A stretch of DNA of 64,000 nucleotides, taken from positions 61,025 to 125,024 of the forward strand of contig JAAYSV010000049.1 in NCBI GenBank assembly GCA_012518215.1, written 5' to 3'. The stretch comes from Bacillota bacterium (GTDB lineage: Bacteria > Bacillota > Dethiobacteria > DTU022 > PWGO01). Position numbers and translations under genes: made by a program. A model generated the notes under the pieces. It was not told where the DNA came from. It saw nothing but the letters and a program-made list of their open reading frames with translations, and searched no databases. Shown here piece after piece: positions 8,775 to 16,749 of this stretch; the first letter of the stretch is position 1; the number at the start of each line of letters is the position of its first letter.

Positions 8775-9968
8775 CTATTCTTTTTCTCTGCCCCGCAGAT
8801 CGGCAAATTCCCGGCTCAAAAAACGTCTCAACCTGTTCATGGCTTCGTCCCAGCTTCCCGCTGAAATCAACAGAAATACAAAGGCACCCAGGAGAACAAT
8901 GACCAGAAAACGGAGGGCGGAAACAGCGGAGATCCCGCCTTCGCCAAGCACTGTGTTTCTCTGGCCGGCTACTTCCCCTTCCCCGCCCCTTGCCGATTCG
9001 AAGTAGTCGGCCACCACTCCTGCAAACAAACGGGCCGTCTCCTCCGCTCCCTCCCGCTGGTTTTCATGGCCGCCTATCTCCAGAAGGATGGAGCGGGGCG
9101 AAAGGTCCTGGTTGTAGTTACCCTGCGCTTTGAGGATGCCTTTTACCAGGCCGGGATATTTCCGGTCAGCTTCCCCTTTGAGCGCCTCGGCAAATCGTGC
9201 GTTATTATCGACATTCTGGTTCTGCCTGCCAAGCACGAGTAGAAGTTGAACCCTGTTCTTGCCGGCAACCTGCTCGATATACTCTTTCGCAGGAACTGCA
9301 TCACGGTGAATATCGAAAAAAGCCATCGGTTGATCCTTGATCATCTCCTCCATCGTCCTCCGTGAACGATGGTAGGCCCCGGCATCATGGGGGATATGTG
9401 TTTGCGTGGAATGAATCACGTTTATGCGGCGATCCTCCAGCCCCCGGCAAAAACTTCTGCCCACATCAATTATCCCCCCGCCCCTGTCTATGGATGACTT
9501 TCCATCACTGGGTACATAGGACTCTGCACCATGGCTGTGATAGACGGCGATCTTTTTTGGATGCCGTGATTCCACGGGAGCAACGTCCTCCTCGCGGAAA
9601 TTGTCTTCTTCCTCGGTCCCGTGAATCCCATGCCCCGTCAGACGGATTGGCAGTGAAAGCCCTTTCTTGACTTCTAGCTGACGAGCCCAGGCGATATCAT
9701 CGGTGATTCTGACAATACGATAATTGACGTTGTCGGCATCAATATACTCATCGCCAACATGCAAGACGCGGGCGGTGACAAGAATAATACGCTCATCTTC
9801 CTCATTTTTAACCATAAAATAGCCTTCCCGGCGTTCATCCAGGTTGTGTTGTTCAAAGAAAGACTCTACCACCGGCAAGGTAGAATGGATGTAAATCGAG
9901 AAGGCCAGAAATATAATTGTCCAGACCAGCAAGAAGCCGATCAGTTTCCTGAACCTATTCATCATCAT
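8775..9968 (-). CDS. spoIIP: Stage II sporulation protein P
   Basis: 397-aa ORF with an N-terminal TM segment. SpoIIP-type motifs are present: IAVYHSHGAESY, FFDIHRD, NYNQDLSPRSILLEIGGHEN. Confidence 0.8.
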   Translation of the reverse strand: MMMNRFRKLIGFLLVWTIIFLAFSIYIHSTLPVVESFFEQHNLDERREGYFMVKNEEDERIILVTARVLHVGDEYIDADNVNYRIVRITDDIAWARQLEVKKGLSLPIRLTGHGIHGTEEEDNFREEDVAPVESRHPKKIAVYHSHGAESYVPSDGKSSIDRGGGIIDVGRSFCRGLEDRRINVIHSTQTHIPHDAGAYHRSRRTMEEMIKDQPMAFFDIHRDAVPAKEYIEQVAGKNRVQLLLVLGRQNQNVDNNARFAEALKGEADRKYPGLVKGILKAQGNYNQDLSPRSILLEIGGHENQREGAEETARLFAGVVADYFESARGGEGEVAGQRNTVLGEGGISAVSALRFLVIVLLGAFVFLLISAGSWDEAMNRLRRFLSREFADLRGREKE

Positions 9969-10620
9969 ATGGCCCCCTTTGATCGTCTACATTGTGCTCG
10001 CTTTCTCCCTGTTGAGTCCGTGCGGCAAGATTTTCCCTTATCTCCCCGATCAGCTCCGCCATGGCAACGGCCACGAGACCGGAGATGACCGTGGCATCGA
10101 ATATGCCTGCCCCCCCTATCACCATTGTTGCCCTTCCGCCGGTGAAAAACAATTCAATGCGGGTAAAGATATCGGTCAAGACGATCGCCCCCACCCCGGC
10201 AATGAACGCCGATCTGCGGGAGCGGCCTGCCAGGTAACCGATTATCCCGGCCATGATCGCCACCAGGTAAAGCGGATCCATGAGAATGGCAAATGTCGGT
10301 TCAGCAGGGAGGATCTTCAACATTGCATATACAGCCAGGGCAGAAACAAGAAGTGCCACCCCGGCGCGTATCTTCTCGTTGGCAGAATCGCTCCTCAGGA
10401 ACAGGTAGACGATGAGGACAATTGGAATGACACCACCGCCTGTATTTATGGACAACGTGGACGTTATTGGTATATCCGGCAGGTAACTTCCCGCGATCAT
10501 CGCTGCAATAAAAATCAAGGCAGCGCGGTCGCTCAACCCCATGCGGTCAAGGATCCTCTGGGCAAAACCCAGATAGATAAGAATTGAAATCACGATCAGA
10601 ACAATCGTTCCTACGGGCAT
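9955..10620 (-). CDS. DUF1614-like polytopic membrane protein
   Basis: 221-aa hydrophobic ORF with AAAGGAG upstream. It overlaps the spoIIP start by 14 nt. The family call is from memory. Confidence 0.55.
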   Translation of the reverse strand: MPVGTIVLIVISILIYLGFAQRILDRMGLSDRAALIFIAAMIAGSYLPDIPITSTLSINTGGGVIPIVLIVYLFLRSDSANEKIRAGVALLVSALAVYAMLKILPAEPTFAILMDPLYLVAIMAGIIGYLAGRSRRSAFIAGVGAIVLTDIFTRIELFFTGGRATMVIGGAGIFDATVISGLVAVAMAELIGEIRENLAARTQQGESEHNVDDQRGPYDDE

Positions 10621-10680
10621 GGCGACACTCCTTTTTCAGTTTTCTTGTCTTAGATTTTCCTTATCTACCCTTCTTTATAC

Positions 10681-10712
10681 AAAAAAACAACCGCCACCGA
10701 AACGGTTGTTTC
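10681..10712 (-). terminator. Rho-independent terminator
   Basis: On the minus strand the sequence is AACAACCG-tttcggtgg-CGGTTGTT followed by TTTTT. It lies about 90 nt downstream of the small ORF that ends at 10801. Confidence 0.6.
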
Positions 10713-10800
10713 TTCATTCAAAGCATACTTTTTACAGGTACAGATAGCGGGCCGTGCCGCCATACGTTGGCCAAAAATCCAATCATACGATTGCTAACAA

Positions 10801-11073
10801 TCAAACGAAGTAGAAGGTACCGTTATGAATCCGTGCAAATTTTCTTTGATTTGTCACCGGGTCGGAAATTTCCCCTCCCATGAAGTACCCGGCAAATCGT
10901 TCCTCGCCCAATTCGAGACAAAATCAAGTGGCACGGTCCGACCGGGGATACCCGTGCTCCACAGGATCTCTGGAAATCGCGATGCCATGTTCCACGAACA
11001 TGCACATCACACCCGCCACATTCAACCGCTCCGGCGTGAAACATCGGCACTGAACCGGTGCGGATTGTTTCAT
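10801..11073 (-). CDS. Cys-rich small ORF (49 codons, in-frame TGA, 40 codons). It is either a candidate selenoprotein or a pseudogene/short ORF.
   Basis: My own translation gives MKQSAPVQCRCFTPERLNVAGVMCMFVEHGIAISRDPVEHGYPRSDRAT-TGA-FCLELGEERFAGYFMGGEISDPVTNQRKFARIHNGTFYFV-stop. Codon usage resembles neighbouring genes and the ORF has its own terminator. The SD is weak (GGCGG). It is not in the track. Confidence 0.3.
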
Positions 11074-11225
11074 TGCTTGTGACCGCCAACAGGCAATGGT
11101 ATGTTACCGGAACGGAGGGGCCGCTACAGAAAAAGATATTCTTCCGGTTTCCAGGCAGGGCGGGTCATGACCAGCCCGGCCAGGCGGCAAGGTATTTTCT
11201 TTCAGGCTCAAAACCATTCATTCTT

Positions 11226-13469
11226 TCATTTTTTATCATTGTCGAAGAGATCGCCAAAAACATCGCCAAGTGTCACACCGCTATCGTTGTCCTGGTCGTT
11301 GGAAATATCGTCGTCCGCCCTGATCACGGGATTTGCATCCTTGATACTCAAGCTAATCCTCTTATCCTCGGGCCGCAGATCGATAATCTTCACTTTGGTC
11401 GTGGCCCCCTCGCTTAGCGCTTCGGAAGGATGCTTGACATGATGGTCAGCAATCTGTGAAACATGGACCAGCCCCTCGACACCGGGCATAATTTCCACGA
11501 AGGCACCAAAATCAACCAGACGCGTGATTCTGCCCTCGATGACTTCACCGATCTTGAAGCGCCTCGTAACCTGGCCCCAGGGATCCTCCCCCGTGCGCCT
11601 GATACTCAAGCTTACTTTCTCTTCCTCGGGCTTGACCTGGAGAACCTTTACCTTCACCTTTTCACCAATCTTCAGAGCCTCCTCGGGGTGTCTGATCCTT
11701 CGCCAGGAAATCTCCGAAATATGCACCAGGCCATCGATCCCACCCAGATCCACGAAAGCACCGAACTTGGTCAGGCGGCGTACCTCTCCGGTAACCACGA
11801 TGTCCGGTTTCAGGATCTTCAAGGTCTCCTCCTTTTTGGCAGCATTGGCCTCCTCGACATACTTCTTGCGAGAGAGGATAACTTTGTCTTTTTCCTGGTC
11901 AAGTTCTATAACTTTGAAAGATATTTCCTGGCCCAGATATTCGCCAAAGTCCGGGATATACCTGATATCGACCAGGGAACCCGGCACAAAACCGTTGATT
12001 CCGGCACCCAGATCGACGATCATACCCTTGGGAACGACTTCTTTTACCTTCCCGGTCAGCGTTTCTTCCTCTTTCAATGCATTTTCAAGTTTCTCCCATG
12101 ATTTTCTCCGTTCCAGCCGCCGATGGGAGACCACTACCTCACCTTCCTGGTCATCGACGCTGATGACGAGAACCTCGAGCTCGTCGCCGGGAGCGTATTT
12201 GCTCTTTAACGTCTCTCCCTCGTAAAGAAAAACTTCCCCGCCGGGGAGAAACGCCTCCATTTTTTCACCCATGTCGATCATGATGCCGTCATCCTGAACA
12301 CTGACGATGGTACCACTGGCAACGTCTCCGCTCTGATACACCTTGATCTCGTCCAGAAAGAAAAATTCCTGGTCATCGTCTTCCGTTTCCACCATCGCCT
12401 CGCTTTCTTCCTCCACCCCTGCCCCGGCACTCTCTTCTGCCATGCTTCCGGTCGCGGTATCTTCCACCGCCTCTTCCTCGGCAGGCTGCTCTTTCACTTC
12501 CTCATCCACAACTTCTTCTGCGGATGCCACGGGCTCCCCGGTATCGGTGTTCATCTCCTCTTCAGCGGTCTTCTCTTCCTCGGGCTGCTCCGTCTCATTG
12601 CAGTCCAGAGCAGTTTCTTCCCCATTATTTTTTTCACTGTTAATCTTCGACATTTCAGTCAGTACCTCCTTAATTATCCAGCCGGGGGTTGAAGCCCCGG
12701 CAATAACTCCCACTACCTTGACATCCTGGAACAGCTCTTCCGGCAACTCCTTCGCACTGGAAACGCGATACGAAGGTGTTTTTCTTATACACAGCCTCAG
12801 CAATTTTTCTGTATTGCTGCTGAGGGGGCTACCGATTATGATCATCAGGTCCGCCCGCAAAGCCATCTTTTCGGCCGCATCCTGCAATTTTTTTACTGTC
12901 GGACAGAGAGTGTCATACATTTTACAATCGGGATACAATTCTCTGTACCTTCTGGCGGCATTTTCGAAACCCTGGCGTTCCTGAGTGGTTTGGGAAATAA
13001 AAGCCGAAGGAGCACGGATCTTCTTCCTGCTCAGTTCCTGCATCGTGGAGACAACAATAGCCCTGTGCTGTGTCCACTTCAGGATCGCTTTCACCTCGGG
13101 ATGTTCCGGTTTGCCCCATATCACAACCTGGTAACCTTGATCGGTAAGTTCCCGGGCCAGTGACTGTACTTTTTTAACGCGTGGGCAAGTAGCATCGTGA
13201 ACGGTTACCCCCGGAATCCGGGACGCTTTTTCCAGTTCTTCGGGCCCTTCTCCATGCGTTCTGATAATCAGATGGCCCTCCCTGACATCATCAAGTGAAG
13301 AAACCAGATTTACCCCCTTTGAATTCAGATATTTTTCTACCTCCTCATTGTGAGCCAGGGGACCAAGGGTGTAGACATCTTTGCCCTCCTTGACCATTTC
13401 AAGAGCCATGTCCACCGCCCTCTGAACCCCTGAACAGAATCCTGAATGTTCATAACACAATATCCGCAT
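11226..13469 (-). CDS. ispH: Bifunctional 4-hydroxy-3-methylbut-2-enyl diphosphate reductase (IspH/LytB) / ribosomal protein S1-like (four S1 domains)
   Basis: 747-aa ORF. The IspH part has three cluster cysteines (FCSGV, ATCPRV, TLCPTV). A roughly 97-aa acidic linker follows, then four S1 OB-fold repeats (GxxVxGxV...GFVxxG..GLVHxSEI). Confidence 0.9.
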   Translation of the reverse strand: MRILCYEHSGFCSGVQRAVDMALEMVKEGKDVYTLGPLAHNEEVEKYLNSKGVNLVSSLDDVREGHLIIRTHGEGPEELEKASRIPGVTVHDATCPRVKKVQSLARELTDQGYQVVIWGKPEHPEVKAILKWTQHRAIVVSTMQELSRKKIRAPSAFISQTTQERQGFENAARRYRELYPDCKMYDTLCPTVKKLQDAAEKMALRADLMIIIGSPLSSNTEKLLRLCIRKTPSYRVSSAKELPEELFQDVKVVGVIAGASTPGWIIKEVLTEMSKINSEKNNGEETALDCNETEQPEEEKTAEEEMNTDTGEPVASAEEVVDEEVKEQPAEEEAVEDTATGSMAEESAGAGVEEESEAMVETEDDDQEFFFLDEIKVYQSGDVASGTIVSVQDDGIMIDMGEKMEAFLPGGEVFLYEGETLKSKYAPGDELEVLVISVDDQEGEVVVSHRRLERRKSWEKLENALKEEETLTGKVKEVVPKGMIVDLGAGINGFVPGSLVDIRYIPDFGEYLGQEISFKVIELDQEKDKVILSRKKYVEEANAAKKEETLKILKPDIVVTGEVRRLTKFGAFVDLGGIDGLVHISEISWRRIRHPEEALKIGEKVKVKVLQVKPEEEKVSLSIRRTGEDPWGQVTRRFKIGEVIEGRITRLVDFGAFVEIMPGVEGLVHVSQIADHHVKHPSEALSEGATTKVKIIDLRPEDKRISLSIKDANPVIRADDDISNDQDNDSGVTLGDVFGDLFDNDKK

Positions 13470-13500
13470 CCGTGTTCACTCCCCCCGCAACCATCAAAAT

Positions 13501-14136
13501 CTACACAGCATCCTCCAGTAAACCTTCTATGTTCTCCATGACCAGCTTGCTGACTTCCTTGATTTTCTCCCTCCGGGCCTTTCTGCTCTCCCGCTCATAT
13601 TCAAAATCTACAAAGATCGGTTTACCGATATTTATCCTGATCGGCCTGAAAAGCCGGTAAGGACCCTTGATAGCCACTGGAAGAACCGGCGCACCGCTTT
13701 TCAAAATTATAAAAGCCGGCCCATCGAAAGCCTTCAACAGTTGGCCGCTCCTGCTCCTGGTCCCCTCGGGGAAAAGTCCCACCGCTTTACCCTGATCCAG
13801 GATGGATAATGCCGTCAAGAGTGCCCGGCGGTCAGCTTCCTCCCTTTTTACGGGAAAAGCGCCCAGCTTGCTGATCAGGTTCCCGAAATACGGTATATCA
13901 AACAGCTCCGCCTTGGCCATGAAACAAACCTGCCTTCTCTTGCCTATCGCCCTGGCCACCAGTGTCGGATCGAACCAGTTGATGTGGTTGGAACAGACGA
14001 TCAGCGGGCCAGTCCAGGGCACATTTTCCCTGCCGGTGACTTTCATCCGGTAAATTAGCAAATAGAACAGGGAAAAGAGAAACAGGCCAAAATTGTAAAG
14101 GGCCCCGCCCTCTTCCCGTTTTTTACCGTGTTTCAT
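13501..14136 (-). CDS. plsC: 1-acyl-sn-glycerol-3-phosphate acyltransferase
   Basis: Carries the acyltransferase motifs NHINWFD (HxxxxD) and FPEGTRS. I chose the start at MKHGKK (14136) rather than the track start at 14178, to limit the overlap with cmk. Confidence 0.8.
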   Translation of the reverse strand: MKHGKKREEGGALYNFGLFLFSLFYLLIYRMKVTGRENVPWTGPLIVCSNHINWFDPTLVARAIGKRRQVCFMAKAELFDIPYFGNLISKLGAFPVKREEADRRALLTALSILDQGKAVGLFPEGTRSRSGQLLKAFDGPAFIILKSGAPVLPVAIKGPYRLFRPIRINIGKPIFVDFEYERESRKARREKIKEVSKLVMENIEGLLEDAV

Positions 14137-14818
14137 GTTTTTTTTCACCCCGTACGTAAGCAACCATGGTGGAAACAACCTCGGGCAAAGTCATCTTCGT
14201 GGTATCGAGGACCATCGCTCCGGGAGCTGCCTTGAGTGGTGATACTTCCCTTCCACTGTCTATCTTGTCACGCCGCGTTATCTCCTGCCTGACTTCATCG
14301 GCAGTTATGCTGCACCCTTTTCCGAGATATTCCTTCCAACGCCGCTTCACCCTTTCTTCAGGGGACGCATCCAGGTAAATCTTGTATTCGGCATCGGGCA
14401 GCACGACAGTCCCTATGTCTCTCCCATCCATGACCACGTCTCCCCATCTGCGGGCAATCTCCTGCTGCTGCCTTACCAGATATTCGCGCACGATGGGAAT
14501 GGCAGAAACCTGTGAGACAACAGTATTTACCCCGGGCGCCCTTATAGCCTCGGTCACCTCTTCCCCATCAAGGAATATACGCTGACGATCTTCTTCCGCT
14601 TGAATGTCAATAATCGTATTTTCCAGAAGGCCTGCCAATGCCTCCCTGTCTTCAATCTGCGTCCCGGCCTGCAATATTTTCAATGTTACAGCCCTGTACA
14701 TGGCCCCCGTGTCCAGGTAGCCGATCTTCAGCTTTCCGGCCAGCATACGGGCCACAGTGCTCTTGCCTGCACCGGCAGGGCCATCAATGGCGATATACAG
14801 ATGACTCCCTCCCCACAA
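14123..14818 (-). CDS. cmk: Cytidylate kinase
   Basis: Has the P-loop IAIDGPAGAGKST. The track start TTG 14818 has a poor SD. A strong GGGGAGGGAG lies inside the ORF, 7 nt before an in-frame CTG at 14800, so the true start is uncertain. Confidence 0.85.
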   Translation of the reverse strand: MWGGSHLYIAIDGPAGAGKSTVARMLAGKLKIGYLDTGAMYRAVTLKILQAGTQIEDREALAGLLENTIIDIQAEEDRQRIFLDGEEVTEAIRAPGVNTVVSQVSAIPIVREYLVRQQQEIARRWGDVVMDGRDIGTVVLPDAEYKIYLDASPEERVKRRWKEYLGKGCSITADEVRQEITRRDKIDSGREVSPLKAAPGAMVLDTTKMTLPEVVSTMVAYVRGEKKHETR

Positions 14819-14837
14819 AAACCGGTTTGTCCTTTTT

Positions 14838-14875
14838 CATAAAAAAACACCATGGTTGGACAAACCAGGTGTTTT
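14838..14875 (-). terminator. Rho-independent terminator after aroH
   Basis: On the minus strand the sequence is AAAACACC-(16 nt)-GGTGTTTT followed by TTTATG, giving a continuous U-run. The stem starts at the aroH stop codon. Confidence 0.6.
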
Positions 14876-15227
14876 ATATATCTTCTCTCAGAATCTTTGC
14901 CTCACGCAGATAAATGTGCTTGATTTCACTTTGTTTCAGACTTGTATTGGTTAGAATCAATATTCTCAAGCATCTTTCCAAGGCTCCGGGTACATCTATC
15001 TCCCGGCAACAAAAAAGAGGGACGTCTTTCCAGCCGGCTCTTCTGGCCGCTTCGGCGGGAAAAACATCGTTTAAATCGGAGGTTAATGAAAACAATACTA
15101 CGGCGATGTCCTCTAACTGCACTCCATTCGCACCGGTCATCTCTTCCATAAGCTCTTGCGCCGCCTGAATGATCTCCGCACTACAATTTTCCCTGACTGT
15201 GATGGCTCCTCTTATTCCCCTGACCAT
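14874..15227 (-). CDS. aroH: Chorismate mutase, AroH class
   Basis: The N-terminus MVRGIRGAITV, and later FPA...R, C..E.DV.G...C.R, match the B. subtilis AroH pattern. The start is set at ATG 15227 (the track GTG at 15239 is also possible). Confidence 0.85.
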   Translation of the reverse strand: MVRGIRGAITVRENCSAEIIQAAQELMEEMTGANGVQLEDIAVVLFSLTSDLNDVFPAEAARRAGWKDVPLFCCREIDVPGALERCLRILILTNTSLKQSEIKHIYLREAKILREDI

Positions 15228-15314
15228 AAACTGTTCCACTCTCTCAAGTTCACCAACTCGATAGATCCTTTACCTCTCCTTGCGACCGTAACCGAAACAA
15301 CCTGTAGCAGCAAT

Positions 15315-15343
15315 ATAATATAACATTATTCTTGCTTTGACAA
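15315..15343 (-). promoter_or_regulatory. Sigma-A-type promoter for aroH
   Basis: On the minus strand: TTGTCA, 17 nt spacer, TATTAT. It lies about 90 nt upstream of the aroH start. Confidence 0.45.
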
Positions 15344-15347
15344 GGAT

Positions 15348-15875
15348 TTAATCTTCAATGTTTGTGAAATCTTCGGGTATGGCCCAACCGATCAACTGGT
15401 TGTCTCCCAGAACGATGATCTCGTCACCTACCCTGGGCTGCTGCAATCCCACCGCCCCTATGACCCGTATTCTTGCCGGTTTGTTGCAGTTTTCATCACT
15501 CTCCACTTCAACAAGATCCCCGGCCTCAACAGTGACCGTCAGTGGTTCATCGTACATTATAGCCCTCTCTTCCCCGTTGATCATGATCTTCAAGCGTGTT
15601 TGAGGTGCCAGTGCCTTCAGCGTTATCTCCATGGGGGGCTGAAACGTGCCACTTCCGGCTCCGGTCATTTTTTCCGTTTCATCAAGCGTATCTCCTTCAC
15701 CGTGAAGATGCGTGTACGGCTCCCCTTCAAGGACATCAACCCGGCTCAGGTACTGCCTCACGTCACTGTTGATCATCAGGGCCTGTATCAACACCATCAA
15801 GATGATGAAAATAACCGTAAAATAAAAGACATAATTTTCTACCCGGCGCGAAAAACGTCCGAACCATCTGTTCAT
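15348..15875 (-). CDS. Hypothetical membrane-anchored protein
   Basis: 175-aa ORF with one N-terminal TM segment (YVFYFTVIFIILMVLIQALMI). I recognise no family. Confidence 0.6.
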   Translation of the reverse strand: MNRWFGRFSRRVENYVFYFTVIFIILMVLIQALMINSDVRQYLSRVDVLEGEPYTHLHGEGDTLDETEKMTGAGSGTFQPPMEITLKALAPQTRLKIMINGEERAIMYDEPLTVTVEAGDLVEVESDENCNKPARIRVIGAVGLQQPRVGDEIIVLGDNQLIGWAIPEDFTNIED

Positions 15876-15881
15876 GACACG

Positions 15882-15927
15882 AAACCCCCTTTAACCTCTC
15901 CATTAATTTTTACGTTAAAGGGGGTTT
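15882..15927 (-). promoter_or_regulatory. Perfect 14-bp hairpin containing the SD of the downstream gene
   Basis: AAACCCCCTTTAAC (15882-15895) pairs with GTTAAAGGGGGTTT (15914-15927) across an 18-nt loop. On the minus strand the 3' arm carries AAAGGGGG, 9 nt before ATG 15875. Confidence 0.5.
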
Positions 15928-15953
15928 TTTATACCTTGTTTGTATACTTCCCG

Positions 15954-16631
15954 CTAGCGATACTCCTCGTGCACAGCTTTTATATATTGGCTAAACTTGA
16001 AAAACAACTTCTCGATGTCTCTGGCATCAAGTTGCATTGATGTCGGTTCAAGGATTGCCACACGGCGGAACTCCTCCCGCGAAATTACATGGATGCAATC
16101 TTCCAATGAATCGGCAGTGATCGTTATTTCTATCGGTGCATAGGAAACCTCTTCATCAACCCCGTCATGGTACTCGATAAACGTGTATATATCCAGCACT
16201 TTTATATCTTCGACCTGAATGCCCTGCATGGGAATGCTCTGCCATAACATCATCTTCTGTTCCCTTATCTCCTCGGCTACCTCCTCGGTCGTTTTCTTTC
16301 CAAAGAAAAAACGCCCCCTGGCAGTTGTTCCGCGGTAATCATAACGTACTCTCAAACGAATCTTCTTCAACCCTTTCACGTCCGGCACCTTCTCCTCTAC
16401 CCATGCTTGCGTGTTCGGATATAATGGCTGTTCCGGTTGTTCCTGACCCGTTCCTGTTCGGGCCTCTTCCTGATCGTCCTTCTCCCAGCTATAACGATCC
16501 CTTTGTTGTTCATTTTTAAGATCCCCGTGCAGGATCAAAAAATCTACATTTTTTTCCTTCTCGAGATTGAACAAGCTCACCACCCCTTTTCGCAGCATTG
16601 TACACCCAGACACGCATTCCTTCCAGCTCAT
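15954..16631 (-). CDS. Hypothetical soluble protein
   Basis: 225-aa ORF with no recognised family. ATG 16631 has no SD. An in-frame TTG at 16574 is preceded by AAGGGG 8 nt upstream and may be the real start. Confidence 0.55.
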   Translation of the reverse strand: MSWKECVSGCTMLRKGVVSLFNLEKEKNVDFLILHGDLKNEQQRDRYSWEKDDQEEARTGTGQEQPEQPLYPNTQAWVEEKVPDVKGLKKIRLRVRYDYRGTTARGRFFFGKKTTEEVAEEIREQKMMLWQSIPMQGIQVEDIKVLDIYTFIEYHDGVDEEVSYAPIEITITADSLEDCIHVISREEFRRVAILEPTSMQLDARDIEKLFFKFSQYIKAVHEEYR

Positions 16632-16749
16632 TTTTGGTTTCTTTAAGGTTCAACAAATATCCTGCCTGAAAAGGGGCATATTGTTTAAGATTACTACAAT
16701 ATCCGTTAATATTCCTTAAAATCGCTGTATATATGCCCGCACCGGTCGA

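Noticed and set aside
10713-11225. Possible RNase P RNA, tmRNA, SRP RNA, 6S RNA, T-box or cobalamin riboswitch in the large gap after ispH-S1
   Set aside because: I looked on both strands for GAGGAAAGTCC (RNase P), GGTTCGAATCC/TCCACCA (tmRNA), the SRP GGAAG-CAGCC helix-8 motif, the T-box GGGTGGTACCGCG and the B12-box GCCACTG. None was present. The region is better explained by the TGA-containing small ORF plus its terminator, although an Rfam scan was not possible.
12343-12984. 213-aa Ser-rich plus-strand ORF
   Set aside because: It is the antisense image of the Glu-rich linker of IspH-S1 (GAA/GAG read as TTC/CTC/TCT), so it is an artefact.
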